DNA of 64,000 nucleotides from Stegostoma tigrinum (lineage: Eukaryota). Both the position numbers and the translations under genes were made by a program. The DNA lies in contig NC_081360.1 of NCBI RefSeq assembly GCF_030684315.1, positions 76,559,780-76,623,779 on the forward strand, given 5' to 3'. The notes under the pieces are model-generated. The model searched no databases. It saw only the letters and a program-made list of their open reading frames with translations, and was not told the origin of the DNA. Each line of letters begins with the position of its first letter. The stretch's first letter is position 1. Positions 52,215 through 64,000 of this stretch are shown here, piece after piece.

Positions 52215-52537
52215 GGGGCGGCACGGTGGCTCAGTGGTTAGCTCTGCAGCCTCACAGCACCAGGGACTCAGGTTCAATTCCAGCCTCAGGTGACAGTTTT
52301 GTGTGGGGTTTGCGCATTCTCCCCGTGTCTGCGTAGGTTTCCTCTGGGTGCTCCAGTTTCCTCCCACAGTCTAAAATCATGCAGTCTAGGTGGATTGGCC
52401 ATGCTAAATTACCCATAGTGTTCATGGATGTGTAGATTAGATGGGTTTTAGGTGAAAGGGTTTGGGTCGGTGCTCTAAGGGTCAGTGTGGACTTGTTGGG
52501 CCAAAGGTCCTGTTTCCACACTGTAAGCGTTCTATGA
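52215..52537 (+). mobile_element. tRNA-derived SINE (HE1/V-SINE-like)
   Basis: ggggcggcacggtggctcagtggttag (A box), ggttcaattcc (B box), conserved core, and tail ttgggccaaaggtcctgtttccacactg. Confidence 0.9.
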
Positions 52538-52539
52538 GT

Positions 52540-53870
52540 ACATCTAATATCCAAATTCAAGTCATTTACATATAAGAAAAGCAAGGACCCTCTAGTGATT
52601 CCTAAAGGACTTCACTGGACAATTATTTTGTGTCAGAAATATATTCACTCACCACTGCTCTCTCCTTCCCATCACTTATTTGTTGCCAGATACATTTAGC
52701 AACCATCGTTTTAATTCTGTCTCCATTTTCCTGTCTCTTACATCTTTTCAAAGCCCATACATGCAACACGTATGTCATCATTTTTATCAGTCTGCTTCAA
52801 TATTTCATCCAAACTGTTTAATCACGTTGGTTGGACATGATGTGTCTTTCAAAAAGCAAACAGATTTTGTAACGGCTACCCCTCAATAATTCTTATATGG
52901 AGAAGCATGAACTAAGTTTGTCCTTGACAATTTTCACTAGCTGTTTTCCCAGCACACTGGCCTTTAGTTACCAGGCTTATCCTCCTGTTTCTGAATAGGA
53001 ATGTAATATCTATAAGTCAGTTATCCATGGTCCTGGCGTATCTGCTTTATCCAAGGAGGACTGAAAGAAAGACTGGGGTCAGAACCTATGCTCCATACTT
53101 GGTTCACTTATCAACTTTAGACGCATTCTGTCTGATTTGGTTGGCTTCTTTATTTTGATTGATGCTGACTTATTTACACTTCCCTTCCATTTTTTCCCCC
53201 TTTCCTTCTTTATAGCAACATTAGCTGATCCTTATTCTTTGGGGAGACTCTCATTCAGTTCTTGAAATGTCCTTTGATTCCAGGGGGAGAAAAAAAATCC
53301 TTCTGAATTGAATCCAACATTAACAATAATTTTCTATTGTATACGTTTATAACAGATTTTGGGGTTGACTTTTATTTTGACTGTTTGACTGCTATTCTTT
53401 TCTCATGTGCTGTTTTTATTCTTAAATCCTTTCCCAATAGCGCCCTGCACATTTTGTATACTGCCTGGTGTTCAATTATATTCTACACCTGTTAATTGCT
53501 ACAAGCCTCCTTGTGTTTTGCTATTTTAATGTGTGTTTCCATTGTCATCGAGGACATTTGGATGAGATAGGCTACTTGGGTAAAATTTTTGGTTTTTATC
53601 TGAGCATTCTCCACTTTGAAGGCCTACTTATTGCTTTTTTAACATTTCCTTTTTTTGTTTCTAGTCCACTGTGTTACTTTCTTCCCAAATAATTGAAATC
53701 AGAAACCTTCCAATCATTGACTTTCATTTTTGATCATCTTATGTCCTTTTCTATTGCTACTTCAAAACTAATGTTGTTGTGATCTTGATTACCCAGATAT
53801 TCTCCCACTGAAATATGTTCCACTTGCCTGACTTCATTCCTCAGAACTAGACCTTAGAACTGTTTCCTTA
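52540..53870 (-). mobile_element. Old decayed CR1-like LINE
   Basis: Scattered reverse-strand CR1 motifs (aatgttgttgtgatcttgattaccc; ttcattcctcagaactagacc). Confidence 0.45.
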
Positions 53871-54052
53871 GTTTAATACCTCATTATTCATGTATTAAAT
53901 CAGGCAGAAGAAAACATGCTGTCATTTACTTTTTACTGTCAAAATACTTCAGTCTACACATTGGTTTCTATCTTTCCCTTTTGAATACTCTCCCTCTCCA
54001 GGAGCAAAACCTGTTCTGGAGAAAAATCAAGGTCTTAAAGACAAACTTCTAT

Positions 54053-56262
54053 CAGAGATAACACAGTGTAGAGCTGGAGAAACACACAGGCCAGGCAGGA
54101 TCAGAAGGACCAGAAAGTTGACGCTTTGGGTTGAGACCCTTCTTCAGAAAGGGGGAGGGGGGGGCAAGGGAGCTGGGAAATAACTGGATAGAGGGGGGGG
54201 AGGCGAGGCTGGGACAAATAGGTGGGATGGTAACAGGTGACTGCAGGGAGGGTGTGGTGGGGATTGGTCAGAGGGATGGATGAGGCGGATTGGTGGGAGA
54301 GAAGGTGGACAGATTGTGCCAGGGCAAGGAGGCGGGGATGACAGGGTGTGTTGGAAATATGATGAGGCTGTGGGCGGGAGATTTTAAAACTGGTTTCCAT
54401 ACTTAGGCCATCGGGCTACAGGTTCCCGAGGGGGAATAAGAGGTGTTGTTCCTCCAGTTTTTGGGTGGTGTCAATGTGACACTGCTGGGGTCTCAGGGTG
54501 GACATGTCACCTAGGGAGTGGGAGTTAAAATGGTTGGCAACTGGAAGGTGTTGTCGTTTGTCATGTACAGAGCACAGATGCGCTATGAAGCGGTCTCCAA
54601 GTCTACGCTTGGTCTCACAGATGTAGAGTAGGCTATATCGAGGGAACAGCAGATAGAGTAGACCAAGCTGACAGTTGTGCAGGTGAACCCCTGTCTGATA
54701 TGAAAGGTTTGTTTTGGGCCTTGAATGGAGGTGAGGGTGGGAGGCGTTAGGGCAAGTACAGCATTTCCTGCAGTCGCAGGGAAAGGTGCCTGGGGTTGTG
54801 GGGTTAGTGGGGAGTGCGGAGTGGACGAGGGAGTTATGGAGACAGCAGTCCCTTTGAAAGGCAGATGGGGTGGGGAGGGAAATTAGTCTTTGGTTGTGGG
54901 GTCAGATTGTAGGTGGGAGAGAATGATATGCTGCATGCGGATGTGGGAGGGATGACATGTGAGGAGAAGGGGGAACTCTGTCTTTATTTTTGTTGGGGGA
55001 GGGTTTGTGAGGGCAGAAGTGTGGGAAATGCAAGAGATGCGGTCGAGGGCATTTTTGATCACTGTAGCCTGGGAAGGAGTTATAGTTCTTGAAATTGGAG
55101 GACATCTGGGATGTTCAGGAGTGGAACACCCCACCTTGGGACAGATGTGGTGGAGGCGGAGGAATTGGGAGTATGGGATCACATTCTTGCAGGACGGTTT
55201 TTTTAAGATTAGATTTCCGACAGTGTGGAAACAGGTCCTTCAGCCCAATAAGTCCACACCACCCCTTACAGCATCCCACACAACCCTGAACACTATGGGC
55301 AATTTAGCGTGGTCGATCCACCTAGCCTGCACATCTTTGGACTGTGGGTGGAAACCGGAGCACCCAGAGGAAACCCATGCAGACACGGGGAGAATGTGCA
55401 AACTCCGCACAGACAGTTACCCGAGGCTAGAATCAAACCCAGGCCCCTGGTGCTGTGAGCTAACCACTGAGCCACCGCGCCACCCAAGGTAGTGAGAGGA
55501 AGTGAAGCCCATGTAGCTGTGGGAGTCGGTGAGCTTGAAATAGATGTCAGTTTTGAGGCAGTCGCCAGAGATGGAGATGGAGAGGCCCAGGAAGGTGAGG
55601 GAGGTATTGGAGTTGGTCCAGGTGAAATTGAGGTTGGGATGAAAGGTGTCAGTAAAGTTGATGAACTGTTCAAGCTCCTCATGGGAGCATGAGCAGCATC
55701 AATACAATAATGTTGCAGAGGAAGAGGTGTGGGATAGTGCCAGTATACAGTGGAAAAGGGACTATTCCACATATCCTACAAAGAGGCAGGCATAACTTGG
55801 GTCCATGCTGGTGCCCATGGCCACCCTGTTCGTCTGTGGGAAGTGGGAGGAGTTAAAGGAGAAGTTATTCAGGGTAAGGACAAGTTCTGTTAAGGGAAGT
55901 CACCAGTTTTTAAATCTTCCCACCCAAGGCCTCATTCCATTTCCAACCCTCCCTCTCATCTCCGCCTTTTGACCTGACACAGCTTGTCCATTTTCTCTCC
56001 CACCTATGCACCTCACCCATCCAACTGACCAATCCCCACCCTGCACTCACCTATCACCATCCCACCCACCTTCCTCAGCCCCACCCCTCCTCTCTATTTA
56101 TTTTGCAGCTCCCTTCCCTCCGCTTGTCCCCATTTGTGAAGAAGGGTCCCAACCCGAAACGTCAACTACCCTATTCCTCTGATGCTGTTGGGCCTGCTGT
56201 GTTCCTCCAGCTCCACAGTGTATTGCCTCTGACTCCAGTATCTGCAGTTGTTGCTATCTCCT
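54053..56262. mobile_element. Older Neptune-type Penelope-like insertion: minus-strand body (about 54053-55895) and plus-strand 3' arm (about 55899-56262)
   Basis: Minus-strand IPYSQFLRLHHIC and RT/GIY-YIG remnants colinear with the 40-kb copy. Degenerate hammerheads at 54120-54147 (-) and 56136-56163 (+). Confidence 0.85.
55198..55485 (-). mobile_element. HE1-like SINE nested in the Penelope-like element
   Basis: Reverse complement of the SINE at 52215. PLE sequence resumes on both sides. Confidence 0.88.
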
Positions 56263-57699
56263 TTCAAAATCACCGGTCTCAATTATCACTGAAACCGTTC
56301 TGGTTTATCTTTTAAAGATCCTCATTTCTAAGATTGTAATTGTTCCTCATTGGACTGAAAATATAGTTATCAAGAACAATCTGCAAAATTTGATGTTAAA
56401 TCGTCTAAAGATATATTAGTATAGATGAGCCAAACGTACATCAGTGAGATAGTATTTCAGGAACACTTTCAAGGAGATGGAAAGATGTAGAGCTTTAAGG
56501 AGGGAAGTCACAAGTATAGACCTTAGCAGCTGACTTCATGGTTTCCACTGGAATAATTAAAAGTGGGACACTCAAAAGCCTGCACACGTTTTAGGAGCTC
56601 TTGATTGTCATTGCTCTTTTATTTTCATCTTTGTCAGGGACTTGAGATTCCATAATATTGCTCTTGCTGCTTTCATACTTCTCTAAAATTTACTAACTGA
56701 TGTGTATTCCTATCTCCTATTCTCTGGCCATTGACAGAAAATACGCATCAGTTACATATTGTGTTTTTATTCCTTAAAAATAATCCAATACAGTCTGTCT
56801 TCAGACCCTCTAGTACTTTAGCAACCTGCAGAATTAAAGCTTTTCCTCACATGTAATGCTGAATAAATATCACATTATATATTTGCAGGAGCTTACACAA
56901 GGCACACAGGGTTGAGATAGACAGGCTTTAAATCAGTAAGGAAATCCAAGGTTATTTGAAAAAAGGCAGGAAAGTGAAGTTCAGGATTGCCATATCAGCC
57001 ATGGTCTCATTGAATGCTAGAGCAGACTTGAAAAGTCAAATGGCGTCAGTTTAATTCTATATATTTTTGTTGTGTTTTATTTTTGTCCATTTAAAGGCTC
57101 AATAACTAGCTGTGTGCAGTTTGAAGCAGTTGTAATAATAAGACTGGATAACTCAGAATTTATGACTTGTGACTCTTTGAGCTTGAAGTCATCTCTGCAG
57201 GCTATAAACGAATGTCAACCACCTCATGAAATCCTGACATATCTTAACAAAGGCAAATGAGTCACTGGACAGAGGATGGCTGTTGCAGAACGTGGGTGAA
57301 TGCCAAGTGCATGCATCTATAGTTTTGAAACAAGTTTTAAAAGCCTTGTTAGCAATTCCACAAGAAGTTACATAAAATCAAGAGTTTAATTTTTACTGGT
57401 AAAAATCAGCTTCAAGGCACTTATGCTGACTCTACAAAACTCCTGTTCGCTCAGCAATATAAGGGTCAGTGCATGTGATATATTCTCTGTTCATCAATTT
57501 ATATAGTTTGAGCAGACTTCAGTCACCTATTGTTTTCATTTTTATGCATGACACAATAATACTTCCCGTGTGCAACATTTTTTTTCCTTAAGAAGACAAG
57601 ATAAAATTATTTCCTAAGCATAATTACATCGATCATTCAATTACACAAATGATTTTTACATTAAATTTGGAAAGCATACAGCATGTTGCAAAGAATTAC

Positions 57700-57888
57700 C
57701 ATCTGGTTGTCTGTGAGGATGATACACATGGATATCCATTATCTGATGCCAGGAGCTGATTAGTGACATCTTGTTTAAACCTGTGGTTTTATGAGCACGG
57801 CTGACTGACTTAGTTTTCCAATCTGTCCAGTAAATGTAGTCTTCAAATAATGTCACTGCTAAAACATGTGGGATATCTTGGTTCTGAA
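57700..57888 (-). CDS. LRP1B: LRP1/LRP1B-family coding exon: last YWTD beta-propeller blade(s)
   Basis: Acceptor cctattgcag|TT and donor GAT G|gtaatt. 189 nt, phase 1 to 1. Translates (V)[62 protein letters not shown]. Family is certain; LRP1B versus LRP1 is tentative. Confidence 0.93.
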
Positions 57889-58429
57889 CTGCAATAGGAT
57901 ATGGATATATTAGTATATTATATTGGAAGAATGCCAGCCTCAACATCCAACATTGTATGAACCATCAGACACAACTGGAACATAATTTTTTTTATGAATA
58001 GCTGCTGCAACAGTATACCAGCTCCCTGTGTTCTTCATTACTATTTGAAAGATCATAGAACAAAGCATAAACTCTGCTATCTTGCAGTTTCACTTGGTCT
58101 AACACTTGACAGAAAATGAAAATGCCTGCTTATAACAGAATCTTTAGAAATTCTTCAACATGAAATCACAATTTTATTTGCCTTTAGTTTTCGCTCTTCT
58201 GAAGGTACCACATTGTAATGAACAAACTATCTTTAAAATGTTTTTAGAAGGGGGAGGTGCTAACTTTTTGGGTGCTCCATTACCATCAGGGACATACCCA
58301 GAGCAAATAATACCTCACTTCCACCCTACCTGCCTATAATTCAAAGTCCATCCCCTAACTTTCCTCTTGCCCTCCCTAAAGTAGGCAAACACTCCTTGCA
58401 AATGTCCCTTAACTTATCTCACTCCAGAA

Positions 58430-58750
58430 TGTCAACATCCATTACAAGACATGGCATTCCACCATAGCAACTAATGGAACTTAAATTCAATTAATATCAC
58501 ACTCTGGAACATAAGGCTAATCTCAGTAATGATGCCAAGAAATCATCATCAAACTTGTGAAAGCCCATCTGGTTCAGTAATGTCCTTTACTTGTCTTGCC
58601 TACATGTGATTCTCGACCTATACCCCTTAAATGTTGACTCTTATTGGCTCTATAAATTGCTCTGGCAAGCCATCCAGTCCAAGGCCAATTTGTAATGGGC
58701 AACAAATGTTGGCCTTGTTGATAATGCCCATTTTGCATGAAGAAATAAAC
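58430..58750 (+). mobile_element. Decayed SINE with L2-like tail (SacSINE1/DeuSINE-like)
   Basis: ttcccaccatagca..; aagcccatctggttcagtaatgtccttta; gttgactctta..gcaagcca..; atgggcaacaaatgttggccttg. Confidence 0.55.
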
Positions 58751-59779
58751 TCGAAGAAAATTACAGCTGGAGAGAATCGATGAATAATTTATTTCCCTTT
58801 AGTTTTTTGATCTGTTTTGAATAACCTTTCACTGTTACCAACCACTGACATTTTCTCAGTATTAATAAACTTGCTACAGATTTACTCTATTAGCCTAAAC
58901 ATGCCTGATTATCAATTAACAGATTGATCAACAATAAAATTCAAACACTCAGCTTGTCCTGCCTCGTAGATAATCTCTAGGCAGAACTTAACATGATTCT
59001 GTCTAGACAGCTATTTTTTAAAAAAAAAATCTTCTTCGACTTTCAGAACCCTTTGTGGTCAGCGTCTTGAAAATCCCTTAATGAGAACAGAGAATTCACA
59101 AGGCCGTCTTAGTTTCAAACAGAACATGTTGCGGCAATCAATGATTGACCTAGGAATAAACTTTAATTCCAAGTAACAACGGCAAGGAAGGAAGCCTTGA
59201 GCATGCCTTTAAATCTGATATTTTAATTCCAGTACCAAACGTTGGCCCAAAATCAGAAGCAGTTTTTACAATACAGTGAACATAGAACGTTACAGCACAG
59301 TACAGGCCCTTCGGCCCTCGATGTTGTGTCAACCTGTCATACCAATCTGAAGCTCATCTAACGTAGTTCTAGAGAACATAGAAGAAATTTTATTCTGACC
59401 TTGTTAACATGTTTGAATTAGAATAAATTCATGCAAATGGTATTGAATTGCACCTTTTGCCACAGTGTATATTTATATATATGCAAAACTGTTGCCGTCA
59501 CAGAGAAGATTTCTGTTATCCACCACAAGTGGATGATATTTTTATGCAATTAAAAAAAGAGGAAAATCTGGGTCAGATAAAATCCTAATATTTTGTTAAA
59601 ACACAATTGACTCATCATCATTCGAGGAGCTAATATTGTCTTTTTGTGTACACTCTCTCCTTTTTTTAATCTGATCAGCATTTTTTGCACTTCTTCCAAT
59701 CTCTGTCATCAGGCAAAAGATATAAAAGCCTAAACACATGTGCCATTTTCAAATAGCAATAATATATGGTGCAACACGC

Positions 59780-60125
59780 ATAGGAACATATAAATCAGGA
59801 GCAGGAGTAGGTTATTCAGTCCCTTGAGCCTACTCTGCTCTTCAATACAATCATGCTGATTGGATTATAACTTGAAATCCACATTCCTGCTGACCCTGAT
59901 AATGCTTTAATCCATTGCTTAACAAGAATCTGTTTGCCTGCCTTACAAATTGTCAAGGACTCTGGAACTCTTTTTCTGAAAAGATGATGGAAACAAAGAC
60001 TCATGAATCTATGAGTGAAAAAAAATTGCCTAATCTCTGCTTTAAATTAGTAACCCCTTAATTTTAGACAGCTACTTCTAGTTCTAGAATCTCTCATAAC
60101 AGGAAACATTTCTCCATATCTACCT
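59780..60125 (-). mobile_element. CR1 3' fragment, continuing after the Penelope insertion at about 61424-61960
   Basis: Tail aggagcaggagtaggttattcagtcccttgagcctactctg. Split by the PLE with a TSD. Confidence 0.7.
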
Positions 60126-61408
60126 ATTACCAATTCCTCCGCCGCATCTGCTCCCACAATAAGACATTCCACTCCCGCACATCCCAGATGTCCAAGTTCT
60201 TCAAGGACCGCAACTTTCCCCCCACGGTGATCGAGAACGCCCTTGACCGCGTCTCCCATATTTCCCGCAACACATCCCTCAAACCCCGCCCGCCCCCGCC
60301 ACAACTGCCCAAAGAGGATCCCCCTCGTTCTCACACACCACCCTACCAACCTCCGGATACAACGCATCATCCTCCGACACTTCCGCCATTTACAATCCAA
60401 CCCCACCACCCAAGACATTTTTCCATCCCCACCCCTGTCTGCTTTCCGTAGAGACCACTCTCTCCGTGACTCCCTTGTTCGCTCCACACTGCCCTCCAAC
60501 CCCACCACACCCGGCACCTTCCCCTGCAACCGCAGGAAATGCTACACTTGCCCCCACACCTCCTCCCTCACCCCTATCCCAGGCCCCAAGATGACATTCC
60601 ACATTAAGCAGAGGTTCACCTGCACATCTGCCAATGTGGTATACTGCATCCACTGTACCCGGTGTGGCTTCCTCTACATTGGGAAAACCAAGCGGAGGCT
60701 TGGAGACCGCTTTGCAGAACACCTCCGCTCAGTTCGCAACAAACAACTGCACCTCCCAGTCACAAACCAATTCCACTCCCCCTCCCATTCTCTTGATAAC
60801 ATGTCCGTCATGGGCCTCCTGCAGTGCCACAATGATGCCACCCGAAGGTTGCAGGAACAGCAACTCATATTCCGCCTGGGAACCCTGCAGCCTAATGGTG
60901 TCAATGTGGACTTCACCAGTTTCAAAATCTCCCCTTCCCCTACTGCATCCCTAAACCAGCCCAGTTCGTCCCCTCCCCCCACTGCACCACACAACCAGCC
61001 CAGCTCTTCCCCCCCACCCACTGCATCCCAAAACCAGTCCAACTGTCTCTGCCTCCCTAACCGGTTCTTCCCCTCACCCATCCCTTCCTCCCACCCCAAG
61101 CCGCACCCCCATCTACCTACTAACCTCATCCCACCTCCTTGACCTGTCCGTCTTCCCTGGACTGACCTATCCCCTCCCTACCTCCCCACCTATACTCTCT
61201 CCACCTATCTTCTTTTCTCTCCATCTTCGGTCCGCCGCCCCCTCTCTCCCTATTTATTCCAGTTCCCTCTCCCCATCCCCCTCCCTGATGAAGGGTCTAG
61301 GCCCAAAACGTCAGCTTTTGTGCTCCTGAGATGCTGCTTGGCCTGCTGTGTTCATCCAGCCTCACATTTTATTATCTTGGAATTCTCCAGCATCTGCAAT
61401 TCCCATTA
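60126..61408 (+). mobile_element. Young 5'-truncated Neptune-type Penelope-like element
   Basis: 15-bp TSD tctccatatctacct at 60111-60125 and 61409-61423. GIY-YIG ORF (VVYCIHCTRCGFLYIGKTKRRLGDRFAEH) with a frameshift near 60290. Hammerhead motif at 61285-61312 with GAAA changed to AAAA. Confidence 0.95.
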
Positions 61409-62319
61409 TCTCCATATCTACCTTGTCTATTCCTGCCTGAATTTTATGTTTCAATTAAATCACCTCTTAAACTTCTAAACTTCAGGAGATATAAATCTAG
61501 CTTTTCCAATTGCTCTTCAAGTAATTGAGTGAATTTTCTCTGAACTGTCTTCACTTGCCTCTCCTTAACTTAATTTGCCAACTGACTTTACCCAGCTCTA
61601 TTTCATGATTTCATTATTGCCCTTATTTACATGTTCAAAAATGAGACTCAGACCTACTCCTCTCTCCCTCAACCTGAACATAAAATGCGATCATATTGAG
61701 GTCGTTGCTACCCAGGGCTGCTTCATCACGAGATCATTAATCTTATCTTTTTGTAGGATAGTTGGTCTAGAGTAGGCTGATCGCTGGTTAGTACCATAAT
61801 ATGCTGTTCTAAGAAACTGTCCAAAAAACATACTATGAACTCCGTATCTCAGCTGCCTTTGAGCATTTCACTTTACAATACTGAAAGTAGCTTAAAATTC
61901 TCCAGATCATTGCCATGTCTGTCTGACCAGTTTTCCAGTTCTTCCTTTATTCCACACCCGATTGTATGGTTACTGTTAGAATGTCCTGGGTAGAACTATC
62001 CTGAAATAGTCAATCATATGCTGCGAGCCCAGTAAGACTGCAGAGTTGTAAACGGTGGATTTGTTTTTGTAGGTCTCAAAATGACAAATCAGCAGTTTGG
62101 CTGGACTGGCAAGTAACCCATGAACAAAATATGGTGAGTCATCTCAAATGGAATTCTCTTGGAAAATAATCATTTTAACAAGGCAATCAAAATCCAACAC
62201 ACAGCTCATTTTAAATTTCTTATTATTGCTCTCATTTCCTGAGCTTCACCACATCACCATTCAAAGTAAAACTTGAAATGAATAGAATGTAACAGCAGAA
62301 TACTTAAAAATGCATAATC

Positions 62320-63578
62320 AAACTAAGAAGAGTCAGCATAGCGTCAGGAAGGAGAACTCATGCCTGACAAATTTTCAGAGAATTGTTTTGAGAAGCTTAT
62401 AAGCAGGATAGATGAATGTGAAACAATTGATGTAGTAAGTTTCGATGTCAAAAAGACATTTGGTAAAGTATTGCTCATTAGACAACTGAATAAGACAACG
62501 GCCCATAGTGTTGGGGGTAGCAATTTAGCTTGGATAGAGAACGGGCTAACTAACAGAAGAAAGAGTGGGATCAGGGAGGCATGTTCAGGTTGGTAACCTA
62601 TAACTGGTAGAGTGCAGCAGGGATCAGTGTGGGGCGGCAATTATTTAAAATATACATTTATTATTTGGATGAGGGAAGTGAAAGTACTTTGGCAGAGTTT
62701 GTGAATGCCACAAAAATTAATGGGAAGCCAATTGGTGAGGACAACACAAAATCCACAAAAGGATATAGACAGGCTAAGTGAGTGTGCAAAATCTCGGCAG
62801 ATGGGATAAAATGTGAAAGAAAATGGGTTCAGGTATTTTGGCAAGAAGAATAGAGGAAATAAATATGATTTAAATGGAGAAAGACTGCAGCAAGCTGCAG
62901 CACAGACAAATGAGGGTTTCTCATGTATAAATCATGGGTTGTAGGAAAGATAAATAGGCTGTTTGTCTTTATTTCGAATGAAATGGAATGTAAAAACAAA
63001 GAAGTCTTGCTAAAACTATGTAGGACACTATTTAGACCACACTTAGAATATTGAAAACAGTTTGATCACATAATGGAAAGAAAATATACTGATATTAAAA
63101 GTAGTCCAAAGAAAGGTGGTCAGGTTCATTCCAGGTGTGGAAGGATTTTCATATCAGGAGAGGTAGAGTACATTGGGCCTGCAATCATCAGAGTTAGAAG
63201 AATGACAGGTAATCTTATTGAAACCTGTAGGATCTGTAATGGTAGATGTTAAGAGATTGATCACTTTTGTAAGAGAATCTAGGACAAGAGGGCATAATCT
63301 GAATGAAGGACCGCCCAATTTAAGAGACATTATGAGAGTTTTTTTTCTCTTGGAGGACAGTGAATCTATGATTTTTTTTAGCACCGATTACTAAAGAGGC
63401 TGGGTGATTGAGTATATTTGAAGCTGAGATAGATACTTTTAAAGAGTAAGGGAAGCAAGGGTTATTGGGCAAAGGCATGAAAGTGGAGTTCAAGATTATC
63501 AGATTAACCATGAAATCATTGAATTCCAGAGAGACACGATGGGCTGAATGGCCAAATTCTACGCCAACATTTTATGAT
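62320..63578 (+). mobile_element. Decayed CR1-clade LINE (RT to 3' end)
   Basis: IDVVSFDVKKTFGKV..LAWIENGLTNRR; gtgcagcagggatcagtgtgggg; 3' UTR gatgggctgaatggccaaattct. Confidence 0.85.
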
Positions 63579-64000
63579 GTGGAGGCCCCAGTGTTTGACT
63601 GGGTGGTCAAGGCCTGCTATCAAATGACACCAGGTTATCGTTCAACAGGCTTATTGAAAAACATCTTATGAAAGATTACTAGATTGGGAGGATGACATGA
63701 GTGAGGGCCATTGAGTGAACATGATGCATGCAATAGTGAGAGATGAAGTCTTTGAGCTTTGGCATGAGTTCTTTGTAATTGCAGAGTTAGAGTGAGTGCT
63801 GGCAATACGAGAGTGAGGAAGCACAGAGAAGATAGTGGCATTTATCCTTGTGGGGCATAGAAGATCATTGGCCTTTTTTATGCACTGCTGATATCTTGCC
63901 TTATTTATTTTGCAACATTATCTGATGTTGCAATCTATATCTAGCCTGGCTATGTCTGATGGTATGGTCCACTGGGAAAAGGATTTCTTCTCCTCTGCAA

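Noticed and set aside
52215-52290. tRNA-like sequence with A and B boxes (also near 5817, 7000, 49065 and 55485)
   Set aside because: SINE heads continuing into SINE body and tail; no complete cloverleaf.

Overview
AT-rich, repeat-dense vertebrate genomic DNA. The repeats (HE1/V-SINE-like SINEs, CR1/HER1-like LINEs, Penelope-like elements) suggest a cartilaginous fish, probably a shark; this is an inference. The whole window lies inside one large minus-strand gene of the LRP1/LRP1B family. Eight consecutive GT-AG exons with matching phases (57888-57700, 50579-50431, 47658-47565, 47141-47025, 46911-46792, 36132-36013, 33232-33107, 5322-5206) encode the end of a YWTD beta-propeller, an EGF module and six LDL-receptor class A repeats. 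The introns hold Penelope-like elements of two clades, many with hammerhead-ribozyme-like motifs, plus CR1 and L2-like LINE fragments, tRNA-derived SINEs, a decayed Gypsy pol and a probable Tx1/L1 relic. The most unusual feature is a young Neptune-type insertion (40129-41842, 16-bp TSD) that carries a 386-bp inverted copy of intron sequence lying 1.1 kb away, which also gives its GIY-YIG ORF an in-frame ATG. Also notable: a second local inverted duplication (178 bp), covarying minimal hammerheads, two near-identical inverted 1.2-kb copies bracketing a frame-symmetric five-exon block, and a protein with mixed LRP1/LRP1B character. All alignments were done by eye, and most ORFs in the supplied track are spurious.
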